From Perkinsela sp. CCAP 1560/9 (taxonomy: Eukaryota; Protista; Euglenozoa: Kinetoplastea), in the NCBI GenBank assembly GCA_965644495.1, contig CBFFSA010000018.1, positions 62,001 through 126,000 on the forward strand: a DNA stretch of 64,000 bases, read 5' to 3'. A program made the position numbers and the translations under genes. The notes under the pieces were generated by a model. The model worked only from the letters and a program-made list of their open reading frames with translations. It had not been told where the DNA came from and did no database searches. Shown here one piece after another: positions 55,201-64,000 of the stretch; position 1 is the stretch's first letter, and each line of letters opens with the position of its first letter.

Positions 55201-55846
55201 GCGTACAAAACGCCCCCGAGGAAGGTAGGGAGGGGCAAGGTAAACAGGGTCGAACTAGGCCAGGAGAGCCCGAATCGCATGTCATGGGAAGTGGGTTCGT
55301 ATGTGCCAAAGAATCCAACTTGAGATTCTCAAGTTTGCTTTGGTACGTCTCGCTCATTGGGTCTCGTCTTTTGCACTCGTTATTACAGGGGTAATAAATA
55401 CGTACTATACCAAGATAGTTTTCCCACCCGCAGTAACCTTCGACGTGAGATATGCTTGTGCTATTCTCGATCAGTTGTCGTCGAATTTTTCCTGCATTAA
55501 AACTGCACAGCTCCCGTTTTTTCCGACTTTCAGTGCTGTTTGGCGTGGCCGAGATTCGCGCTGCTTCGCCCGTTCTTCTTTGTGCGTTCGTGTGTTTCGG
55601 AGATCCGAAATACGACTGGAGAATCCGTTCGCTATGGCTCTTACGTGACTGTGCACGCTTCGACTCATGAAATGCAAGGTCAGAGTCATGGAAACTCCAA
55701 ACGTTAATCGGAATCCGCCGCGATTTCTGGCCAGATAATACTTGGTTGTTAACATTGGAAAAGTCTGTTTCTTTTGAACTTCGATGGGGATAAACACAAC
55801 TGCAAAGAAAAATTGTTTGGATCAAAGTCGCCAGCAGAAGATACAT
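52250..55846 (-). CDS. Large Cys-rich repeat protein, probably secreted
   Basis: Hydrophobic MYLLLATLIQTIFLCSC N-terminus; repeated CxSPCxYP...PxC...CxPC modules. Confidence 0.7.
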   Translation of the reverse strand: MYLLLATLIQTIFLCSCVYPHRSSKETDFSNVNNQVLSGQKSRRIPINVWSFHDSDLAFHESKRAQSRKSHSERILQSYFGSPKHTNAQRRTGEAARISATPNSTESRKKRELCSFNAGKIRRQLIENSTSISHVEGYCGWENYLGIVRIYYPCNNECKRRDPMSETYQSKLENLKLDSLAHTNPLPMTCDSGSPGLVRPCLPCPSLPSSGAFCTLYRPKPQGVSMTREVQNNVHVPGTCAPQLVQCVSPCEYPVSGSPVPVCRTVSGHLPSEDSFPAEECFPCGLAGDVPNKVRSTLGSAWEEEGLPVYRASLDPASMQLRKQITRYLGVSRIRNTSHSSSAVASPSAPVLPHPRNHSEGLPSEIVPTAPLPDADTTELYFTPSDTHIPHPLPETSLPRHSPISLKGSSAHYLNSSPRSSTPSPLSSPPHPLSQPLPTYWDEPSRTPPPPTSYCALGLDGLYAACIGHCRIHHPTNSFNGSLSDSPNRSGSLTSASSTPMGDSPTPVSTPFASPPPSPPPPTCLWGPLPHGHGYLPCLPCPFQHNPAVPSCASTHSPFSSSSSSSSSSSSPLYASPFSHSSLYASSSSSSSSHSPVSPLRCVSVCGYGPTMESTPYCETRHGMTTERKGCGSCVRERGPRGWGGERGGERGGEGPGTVVRTVGVRGYLYHADGIRHGVWIPVRNPTVGEETAAWWGAFPGDWEGGGERMVGLLSPSSSSSSSNFPMAVSERVLPVLPRSCVALDRAGEQDDVHRYYCGAEREGGGSFPRSYHCVSPCEVLVLPEQREAAGFRQHVSRTLAFGEPSCVCSDGKRRLCNRCLHQGIKAPAQSAAPVYSLWDLFILQWGRWGRNHTCLSPCMYPDVGGSFPTCVVSYRLSASLPRWTWHFAECIPNYYANRFENPRASKSSPLDEKQEYTAHEADSLPDERKTIKSEDSGKEKVAFAHLASRPSLQALDNASYCGVSPRGDTTYYTPCLTSCSVSPFSSFSFFPSFSTPHLLSRVPNPGNPTCVTTYGITMSCVPCEPTYRTDAIAYVVGDVPSSGSVLTRTLALDWGLPLPSFMLHPALYVCLTPCVYPSAGSCHPTCEIRPASRWRTARRGRCSAHAGKVLLYSQEAGCVDRDSSEIPTFVYNTERGTFQRVHHELWDREETERQRKKAEMAARCSPGKDTERRRSRHGVKKELEASTYLMNFFDKEA

Positions 55847-56022
55847 GATTAAAACAACATAGCTAGAAAGTTGACTTTGCTTTTTCCAACAAAAGTTATA
55901 GCCACGTCGTGATGAAAGTCCCAAATTTTGGAACGAAAGTGAAAGTAAACTTTATAACATGGTGACTTGAGCAATACTACGCGTGGTAACCACGGTACAC
56001 GGTAACCACGGTAAAAATAGTA

Positions 56023-56203
56023 CTGTCCCCCCCGTTTAAGCGCACCTCGTTTTCCATGAAAAGTGCGCTTAAACGGGGGGGGCTGAATCACTACATAAAA
56101 AAAAATTGGCGACGCTTCGCGGCGCCGGAGTCTGTACCTTAACTCTGTGTGCGCTTAAACGGGGGAGGGTCTGACCGGGTTCGCTTAAGGGGAGGGGGGA
56201 CAG
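56023..56203. mobile_element. pogo-like MITE
   Basis: TA|CTGTCCCCCC...GGGGGGACAG|TA; internal gtgcgcttaaacggggg repeats. Confidence 0.8.
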
Positions 56204-56320
56204 TATGTACAACAGGGGACTACAAGTACAACAGGGTAGAAATCAGAGTGACCTATCATTTTTTCTGAAAAAAATGTAGACCAATGTCAACAAAAATAGT
56301 ATATTTTTCTTCATTATGTA

Positions 56321-57004
56321 TCATGCCTTTAAGTATTGTATTTGAGTACCTCCCACTCCAAGACGCTTTAACGCCGGTGGTAACTCGGGATGGGAAACTT
56401 TGCCAACGAGACCTTCATTTTCTGAAAGATCCAAAACTGCTAATGATGTGGGAAGCGTTGAAAAACACACTTCACCCTCAAATTTGTTCTCGTTGAGATA
56501 TAAATATTTAAGCGTTGAAGGGAGCTGTGTCAAGTTAAGAGATCCACAAAAAAGATTGTCGGCGGCGCTGAGGTACATCATTTTTGAAGGCAACATCCCT
56601 AAATCGATTTCTCCCGTCAGTTTATTGCGGTTTATGTAGATCTGATTGACGCCGCACGGCAGAAACTTCCAGCAAAGAGAACCTCGAAGCTTTAAACTAC
56701 CCCACATTAAGGAAACACCTTCGTCGGGTCGTTCCGAAACACAGTTCTCACCAGGTGTCGTAACTCCTCGCCATTGATCTGCAGGATTGTCTGCTCTCCA
56801 TGATGGGGGCGAGTTTTCGACTTCCTCAATAAAACGGGCAAGTTCATACTCTAACGGAAGAGTCGTAGCATGTACTTTTCCAAGCCGTCGGTTCTTTTCG
56901 CTATGGGGAGCGTCTGCAAAACAATACAAGGAAAATTTCATGAACAGTTGAATCACGGTGACGAAATAAAAATAGAAATAACGAAACGCTATGTCACAAA
57001 GCAC
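56321..57004 (-). CDS. LRR protein
   Basis: KVHATTLPLEYELARF...QWRGV cap plus LRRs. Confidence 0.88.
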   Translation of the reverse strand: MLCDIAFRYFYFYFVTVIQLFMKFSLYCFADAPHSEKNRRLGKVHATTLPLEYELARFIEEVENSPPSWRADNPADQWRGVTTPGENCVSERPDEGVSLMWGSLKLRGSLCWKFLPCGVNQIYINRNKLTGEIDLGMLPSKMMYLSAADNLFCGSLNLTQLPSTLKYLYLNENKFEGEVCFSTLPTSLAVLDLSENEGLVGKVSHPELPPALKRLGVGGTQIQYLKA

Positions 57005-57254
57005 ATGTAAAATACGTTCAACAAAATCTCAAGATGCGAAAAGAGGAAGAAATGCGAAACGTATGCAATAGCTACAAAAAAAGTCGGAAGATTTGACTCA
57101 AAATCTCTGAAATCCAGAGGGGACGATAACATACCCGCGGTATGTTACAATGCTACAGGGGTATTATCCCGGGTCCCGTTTATTAGCGATAGAACCGTTT
57201 TGCATTATCTTGGGATAATCTTTGAAAATTGATTTTTACTAAACAAAGGAAATT

Positions 57255-57995
57255 TCAGACTGGAAGGCAGGAGACGCTCATCAAGAACTCCCGTGAATTG
57301 ATTATTATTGATATATAGAGTACTTCAAGTGAATCTGGTAGTGAATTAAGATAAAGATCACCACTAAGCTGATTGCTGTTGAGCTGAAGATACCGAAGAC
57401 CCACAGGAAGAGAACGCAAGTCCACACCCCCTGTAAACTTATCTAACGGAAGTACGAGAGAAGTCAGTGTACTAGGAAGCAAAGTGAGATCCAGTTTCCC
57501 ATTTAAATGATTCTTTGCAGCGTAAAAACCGATAAGCTCTCGAGACAGCATCTCCAGAAAAAGGGGACCGAGCATTTAGTTCGTCGAGAGGTTGATCTCT
57601 ATATCAATACCGGGCGGAAGCTCTTGCAGCGGTATTTCCCCCGTAATACCCCAGGCGACGAAAGACTTTGTTGTAGACGGCATATGGCGGTACAAGAAAG
57701 TTCCAACCAAAGCAAGAGAATTCCAGTCCAGTGTTGTCACTCGCAAATCACTATCGCATTTGACACCGTTCCATGTGCATCCGTCAATGTTCTCACTCCA
57801 AGAGACATGAGTATTCGTAATATTCGATATGAAACGAGTGAGCTCAATTTCTGCAGAAAGAACAGCACCACGCACTTTGGCTCCACGTGCGCCGGTTTTC
57901 AGATGTGGAGGTGACGTAACATGGGGCGAGGAAACATGACACTCTTCCGAATCACAAACATAGAAACAACATAAGGGACACGGGAGTTGCAGCAT
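57255..57995 (-). pseudogene. Frameshifted LRR gene, paralog of 32687-33523
   Basis: Collinear with the 32687 gene; premature TAA at 57576-57578, small deletions and a frameshift near 57315. Confidence 0.85.
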
Positions 57996-58440
57996 TTTGC
58001 TAAGAAAATAAATATGCCATCAAGAAGACATAACTCGCTAACATTAGTTTTTAAAATGCATAATGTCAAAGAACTTTTTATACTTCATTTTTAAAAATAT
58101 ATTTCCCTGATGAGAGCTCCCTTATTATTTCGCCAAAATAAAGCCGAAGGCACTTCTACATTAATGGTTCATTAAAAAATGCGTTATTCTCCATCGCCAA
58201 AAACAGGTACATTATCACAAATACAGCAACCCGCAAGTCGTAAACGGTGAATTCAGAAAGCCCATCAAAAAAGGTCTGTTTACGAATTTTACTAATCAAA
58301 ACATACGAGTGAAGTAAGCAAAAGCACTGAGGGGAACCTAGGACTACTAAGATGAGAAATTGTATTACCCGTCATCTTAGATGAACTACCCGAGAGAACA
58401 TTCTCATGCCTGATGTAAACGGCAACACATCCGTGCTCAA

Positions 58441-59454
58441 CTAGTTCTGTGAAGGAAATTGGTAATACGGTTGGGCACTGTACATCGCTGCGGTAGACCC
58501 GGGCGCTGGATTCGCTTCATGCGGGTAGGCCCGGTAGCCATACTCCCCAGCACGCTCCGCATACCCCGATGCGGGGCCCCGGGTAGTCCCTGGGCCATAG
58601 TATACCCCACTCGGAGCGTACCCTGGCGTACCCGTGGCATAGACCGGGGGAGCATAGGGTTTTCCCCCGTAATACCGCCCCGGGTGTGGGGACTGGGGAA
58701 AAGCACCGTATCCCTCCCCGGTGGGAGAGCCACCCCCCCTACTTCCCCCACTCCCCCGGCGACCGTACCGCCGACTCGCGGCCTTCGCCTCCACGAGACG
58801 TGCCAGGAACGGCGGCACCTCTTGCTGCGCCTCACGCAACACCGTGGCGAGTTCCCCCGCCAGCGACGCATCCTGCGTTGGGGTAAAAAACCCCAACGCC
58901 GTGCCCTGATTCCCCACACGACCGGTACGCCCAATTCGGTGCACATAGTCCTCAATCGTGTTGGGGAGGTCATACTGCACCACCAGCCCCACATGCGGGA
59001 TATCCAACCCCCGACTCGCGACATCCGTCGCCAGCAACACCGGGACGGCCCCGGAGCGAAACGCCCCCAGCGCCCTCTCCCGCTCGCTCTGGCCCTTATC
59101 CCCGTGAATACTCACCGCGGGCAGCCCCCGGCTCTGCAGCCCCCGTCGCACCCCCTCGACGTGCCTCTTGCGCTGGATGAACACCAGCGCGCGCTCCGAC
59201 GCCGAGACCCCCCCCCGCAGGGCCTCACACAGGCGGTCCAGCTTCTGCGGGGGCTCGAGCTCGAGCAGGTGCTGGGCGATGCTCGCGGTGGTGGCACCGA
59301 GGCGCCCGACGGTGAGGCGGACGAAGGCGGGGCGCAGGAGGCGTCTCGCGAGGTCCTGGATCTCACGCGGGAAGGTGGCGCTGAACATCAGCGTGCGGCG
59401 CTGCTCCGGGAGGGGCATGTCGGAGTGCACCACGAGGGCGCGCATCTGGGGCTC

Positions 59455-59490
<36 letters not shown>

Positions 59491-60336
59491 GATGAGGAAA
59501 CGGACGGCGTCGAGGGCGAGGGAGGCGCGGTGGTGGTAGTCGAGCAGGCGGCCGGGGGCGGCGACGAGGAGGTCGGAGCCGCGGCGGAGGGAACGGAGCT
59601 GGTTGTGGATGTCGGTGCCGCCGTAGGCGACGGCGACCTGGAGGGGGGTGCGGAAGCAGAACTTGCGGGCCTCCATGTGGATTTGGATGACAAGCTCCCG
59701 TGTGGGGGCGAGGATGACGCAGTGGGGTCGCACAACGTGGACCTCGGAGGAGGGGGTGGGGGGGGATGGGACGGGGGCAGGCGTGTCCCCCTCGGAACGG
59801 GAACGAAGCAACGCCGTGATGGTGGGTAGCAAAAACGCGGCGGTTTTTCCACTCCCGGTTTGTGCACAGGCCATCACGTCGTGGCCTGCGAGAGCGAGCG
59901 GAATGGTGTATTGCTGTACTGGGGTGGGAGTTTGGTACGCACAACGCTGGATGTTCTCCCGTAAGGTGGGAGGAAAGGACACATCATCGAAGTTCTCCAT
60001 CGGGGGCTCGACGTCGGGAGGGGTCGTATGGACAGGAATAGCAGCGTACTGTTGAAAGTTAATTCCTTGGGACACTCCTGTGGTCCGAAACAGTTCCAAG
60101 ACTTCGGCCTCGTCTTCCTGGGCGCGCCGATCGCGACCCCCATAGGTGTGACTGCCGTCATGGAACACACGACGAGAGTGGGCAGGTGGGCGCATGCCAG
60201 CTCCTCGGTGGGACCCGCGCCATTCTGGGTTGCCTCTGCTGGAGTATCCACGGGATGGTAGGGCCGAAGGGTGATAGGGATCGGATATACTGGGGGCGTA
60301 GGAAGGCTCCTCGCGACGGTGAGGGGGAACGTACAT
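58441..60336 (-). CDS. DEAD-box RNA helicase, DED1/DDX3-like
   Basis: MYVPPHRR, GINFQQY, AQTGSGKT, PTREL, DEADRMLDMGFEPQ, SAT, YVHRIGRTGR. Confidence 0.92.
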
Positions 60337-60556
60337 GTTGGAGACGAGATAAATTAATTATAAAAGCTAAGAGTTTTCATTTGAAATCACAAGTACATTT
60401 TCGTTAATGCTGTCTAAATCTTATACGTGCGTAAGTAAGCTCGTGTTTGCCGCCATTGTATACGCTACTGTACTCTGAAAAAAATGTTGATTTTACTCCG
60501 AAAGAATGTAAATCTGTCGCGACAGATTCACGACTTGCATTTCTATTTTTACCTCT

Positions 60557-63500
60557 TTAATCCAAATACAACCGGGTGCGAATCCCCACGCTCGCGAGCT
60601 CCATAACTAACAATCGCAGCACCTGGGGGATATCTATCAACGGAATCGTCCCCTCTTGGGTGGGCTGCGCCCCCGGCCCTCCCTCCTCACCTTCACCTGC
60701 CGCATCCAGCGCATCTCGCGTCCCCGCCTGGGCCTCACAAAACATACACACCTTCCAAGTCCCAAGTTGTGTCGATACCCTCTCCTGCAGTGCTAGCATC
60801 CCCCCACAGCGGCGACACACGTATGCGCGGGTGTGGTCCGAAGCGTACAGCAACCGGTCCCGAACCAGTGCCGCGGCCCCGTGGCTTAACAACGCGTCCC
60901 GTTCCATCTCCCCGACACGCACCCCACCATGCCGCTTTCGTCCGTGGACGGGTTGCCCGGTGCGCTGTACCACACGGTGGGTAGTGTGATCCGTACGCCC
61001 ACGGACTTGCCACTTATCTGCGACCATGTGCCGCAACCTTTGGTAGCCCACTACCCCGACAAACAGCCCCACCTCCATGGGTTCCCCCGTCATTCCGTTG
61101 TAGAACACCTCCGTACCGGCCCGGGCGTATCCCAGCGCCCCAAGACGCTCCCCAAGTCTAAGCGCACTAAGTGGCTTATCCGAGGTGAGGGCCCAAGGGG
61201 AGGCGTCGGTGAGCGACCCGCCCACCGCACTGGCCTTACCCGCAATCATCTCCAGCATCATCCCTACCGCCATACGGCTGGGGAAGGCATGAGGGTTGAT
61301 GAGAATATCCGGGACCATACCCCCGGTCTCGGTGAACGGGAGATCAACCCGTGGCATCACCATCCCGACCGTACCCTTTTGTCCGTGCCGACTACAGAAC
61401 TTATCCCCGACGACGGGGGGACGACACAAACGAAGGATGAGGAGAAATTTCGTAGGGTCCGGGCCGTCAAACTCTGTCGGGACCGCGGCATGGACAAACC
61501 CAGACTCCTCCTTTCCCAGATGGGACCACGGGAATACTTTGTGGTCAAGATACCGCACGGAGCCGTCGCTGTGACGGATTTTTCGTGCTATCACAAACAC
61601 AGGGGTGTGGGAGGCGTAGACCGGGGCCCCAGCGTGTGAAGAAGAAGAATAAGACCTAGCAGCCCCGGGGGCAGTCGTAGCCGACCCATCAAGGGAGGGT
61701 GGTGAAGCTACCGGTGGTTCCCCCCTCCTCCCCGCGGCCATCCCATCCAACGTCACCTTGCGTGTCTCCGGTAACCCATCCAACCGTACCCCGGGGTACA
61801 CACATTGGTTGAACCGGTCCAAATTATGAAACACCATGGTGATTTGCGGTCCCCCGCCCTCTGTTTTATTATTGTTATTCGAGGACCCCAGGCGTACCTT
61901 CTCCGCGGCTACCACCTCCCGGCAAAGGGTTTGGTAGACCGCAAAGAGCCCACTCTGGGTGGCACTCTGGCTGAGCACCAGCGCGTCCTCCATGTCCTGT
62001 CCGGAGTAGGACATGACCCCGAGCACGGGGTTCAGACACACACTGCTGTGGTCCATTACCCCGTGGGTCTCGAAGGCGGAGGTACGCACGAGGCTGCGGT
62101 GGGTGGAGGCCATGTGGTAGTACTTGGTGTCGGTGCGGTACGATGTGGTCGCGAGTGCGGGTCCAATGGATTGTTTCGTAATCCCACATTGGAACAGGTT
62201 ACGCGGGGAACAGTTGTGTTCAAAGAACGGGATGACGCTCGCGGTGAGACTAAGGAGGTGGGTGGAGGGACGGGGCTCGGTGTAGTCGTGGGTGTGGGCC
62301 TCCGTGCGGGCGTCGTGGAGATCGGCATAGACGGAGGCGATGTTTAGATAGGTCTGTTCCCATACCCCGATGTGAAGCTTGTCTCCGGTGGGGAGGTGTT
62401 GGATGGGTCGCATCAAACGCCCCGGTGTGGTGAAGAGGTACAGAACGGAAAAAGTGGCGGAGAGGGAGACGGCGACCACCTCAATGTGACACAGCGGAGA
62501 ACCACGGCGTCGTTTCTCTCCGCGTAGGATCTCACAACACGAAGTCACAGAGGGGGTGGATACGAACCCCAAGAGCGCGCCGTCCAACATGACGGTTGTC
62601 ATCCCCTCGTAGCGCTGCCACACAGGTGTGAGCTCAGTTGGGTACAAATGCTCTCTCAGTAACTGCTGGACGGCATCCCCTACATCGTATTCCACCGGTT
62701 TCCCATTGGACGTACTGTCCGATAAACTCACGCGGGCGCCAAGCGTGAGATGGTTCTGCACCCCACAGGCCTCCCCATCCGGGGTGTGGACCACACAGTA
62801 GAATCCCCAAGACTCGGTACGGCACCGTCGGACCTCTGTGCTTCGCATTTCGAGGATATGCCGACCGCGGTGTACCCCACGAAGGAGTTCCGCGACACGA
62901 TAGAAATTTAACCGCTCACAGCTCACCGAGAGACCCATGACTTGGGGCACAGGGGTGGGGAGGGAGCGGTCGGGGGTGTAGGACCCAGTGGTGAAGATCC
63001 GGGACAGTGGTTTCAGAACCCCACGTAGCGGGGTGCGCAGTATGGTGGACAGCTCCGGGAGCAGCACTGTTTTACGGTCCCGCCCACGAAGATGGGTGAG
63101 ATGGGGGGAGGAGCACACCGCGGCGACGTTTCGCGCCCCACTGGCGAGTCCACGTAACACACAGCTCTCTAACACCCCACTGAGGAGGTTGCCCAATGTA
63201 AACACCTCCTGGTGACTCGGGAGGTCGAGGTTGTCCTTGGGGAGGGTGTCGTCCACGAAGGCGTAGAGCTGGCGTAGGAGGTGGACGAGGAGCTCAAATT
63301 TTCGCTCGCGTTCAGCGCATGCACGTGCCAGGACGTCCTCGTTGGGGTCTGGAAGAAGCTCGCGCTCAAACGAATCCTCGGAGTTCAAATGGGGGAACAG
63401 ATAGCGGTGCAGCACGTAGCGTCCGTACCACACATCCGGGTGTTGTGGAGGCGCATGGGCCCCAGAGGGCTCACACTCCGGCAGCAGTGTTGTCGCGCCC

Positions 63501-64000
63501 AGCGGATTACCAAACTTTCGACGGTGCTGAGTCTGAGCCTCGCGGATGAGTCTGCCGAGCAGCATTGTGTGCGGAAGAGCCCCTAGGACTTGGCCGTAGG
63601 TCTGGGCGAGATGGTGCCGTAGCAGTGCCTCCACACGGCCCACCGTGATTTCGGATGTAATTCCCGCGGAGAGGATGTGGAACACCCCCGCATGAGTCAC
63701 TTCTCGTAGAGCACACAGCAACAACAAAAATGGGACGTATTGTACTTTTCGACCCAGGGGAAGAGAGACAACCACCTCGGCACTGCGCAGGTAGTGGATA
63801 AAAGTAGGAAGAACGCGGCCGGAGCGTGTCTTGGAGCGGAACTGGATCGCTTTCTCGGAGAAGTTGTCGCCGTGTTTGCACAGCCCGGGGCGTTGGGTAA
63901 GTAGAGGGGTGTTGCTACGCGGGACACTGAGCAGTCGGAGTATTTTTTCTGAACCGTTGATGACAAAATACCCCCCAGCGAGCATCGGCTCGTGCTGGGC
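60557..64000 (-). CDS. RPA2: RNA polymerase I second-largest subunit (5' end outside window)
   Basis: GGYFVINGSEK, SWGFYCVVHTPDG, DMEDA, GDKFCSRHGQKG, HAFPSRM, RLRHMVADKWQVR, GEMERD. The HTPDG and DKxQVR motifs point to Pol I. Confidence 0.92.
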   Translation of the reverse strand, partial: AQHEPMLAGGYFVINGSEKILRLLSVPRSNTPLLTQRPGLCKHGDNFSEKAIQFRSKTRSGRVLPTFIHYLRSAEVVVSLPLGRKVQYVPFLLLLCALREVTHAGVFHILSAGITSEITVGRVEALLRHHLAQTYGQVLGALPHTMLLGRLIREAQTQHRRKFGNPLGATTLLPECEPSGAHAPPQHPDVWYGRYVLHRYLFPHLNSEDSFERELLPDPNEDVLARACAERERKFELLVHLLRQLYAFVDDTLPKDNLDLPSHQEVFTLGNLLSGVLESCVLRGLASGARNVAAVCSSPHLTHLRGRDRKTVLLPELSTILRTPLRGVLKPLSRIFTTGSYTPDRSLPTPVPQVMGLSVSCERLNFYRVAELLRGVHRGRHILEMRSTEVRRCRTESWGFYCVVHTPDGEACGVQNHLTLGARVSLSDSTSNGKPVEYDVGDAVQQLLREHLYPTELTPVWQRYEGMTTVMLDGALLGFVSTPSVTSCCEILRGEKRRRGSPLCHIEVVAVSLSATFSVLYLFTTPGRLMRPIQHLPTGDKLHIGVWEQTYLNIASVYADLHDARTEAHTHDYTEPRPSTHLLSLTASVIPFFEHNCSPRNLFQCGITKQSIGPALATTSYRTDTKYYHMASTHRSLVRTSAFETHGVMDHSSVCLNPVLGVMSYSGQDMEDALVLSQSATQSGLFAVYQTLCREVVAAEKVRLGSSNNNNKTEGGGPQITMVFHNLDRFNQCVYPGVRLDGLPETRKVTLDGMAAGRRGEPPVASPPSLDGSATTAPGAARSYSSSSHAGAPVYASHTPVFVIARKIRHSDGSVRYLDHKVFPWSHLGKEESGFVHAAVPTEFDGPDPTKFLLILRLCRPPVVGDKFCSRHGQKGTVGMVMPRVDLPFTETGGMVPDILINPHAFPSRMAVGMMLEMIAGKASAVGGSLTDASPWALTSDKPLSALRLGERLGALGYARAGTEVFYNGMTGEPMEVGLFVGVVGYQRLRHMVADKWQVRGRTDHTTHRVVQRTGQPVHGRKRHGGVRVGEMERDALLSHGAAALVRDRLLYASDHTRAYVCRRCGGMLALQERVSTQLGTWKVCMFCEAQAGTRDALDAAGEGEEGGPGAQPTQEGTIPLIDIPQVLRLLVMELASVGIRTRLYLD

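Overview
Eukaryotic, intron-less, one-directional gene cluster: every credible host gene is on the minus strand. It is most consistent with a kinetoplastid (Euglenozoa), based on spliced-leader (SL) relics, a kinetoplastid-type CKS1 and the polycistronic layout. Housekeeping genes (MAT, COA6-like, PFDN5, SGT, FAD oxidoreductase, PUS7, CTU2, PFK-2/FBPase-2, CKS1, DED1-like helicase, RPA2) alternate with about 18 small leucine-rich-repeat (LRR) genes and with Tc1/mariner/pogo-type elements and MITEs. The main find is a retroelement system. It comprises a degenerate 4.9-kb RLE-type non-LTR retrotransposon with four Mer3/HFM1-like Cys motifs and six ~570-bp non-autonomous structured elements in two subfamilies. 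The elements start with an SL-exon relic (up to 28 nt) and share a covarying 3' hairpin (ATCTC-stem-loop-TGA). They insert in sense orientation without a target-site duplication (TSD), 21-24 nt downstream of a CC(A/T). In six of six LRR insertions this is the same position of the 23-aa repeat (LPxxLxxL|xLxxN). All calls come from reading the sequence by eye; no searches were run.
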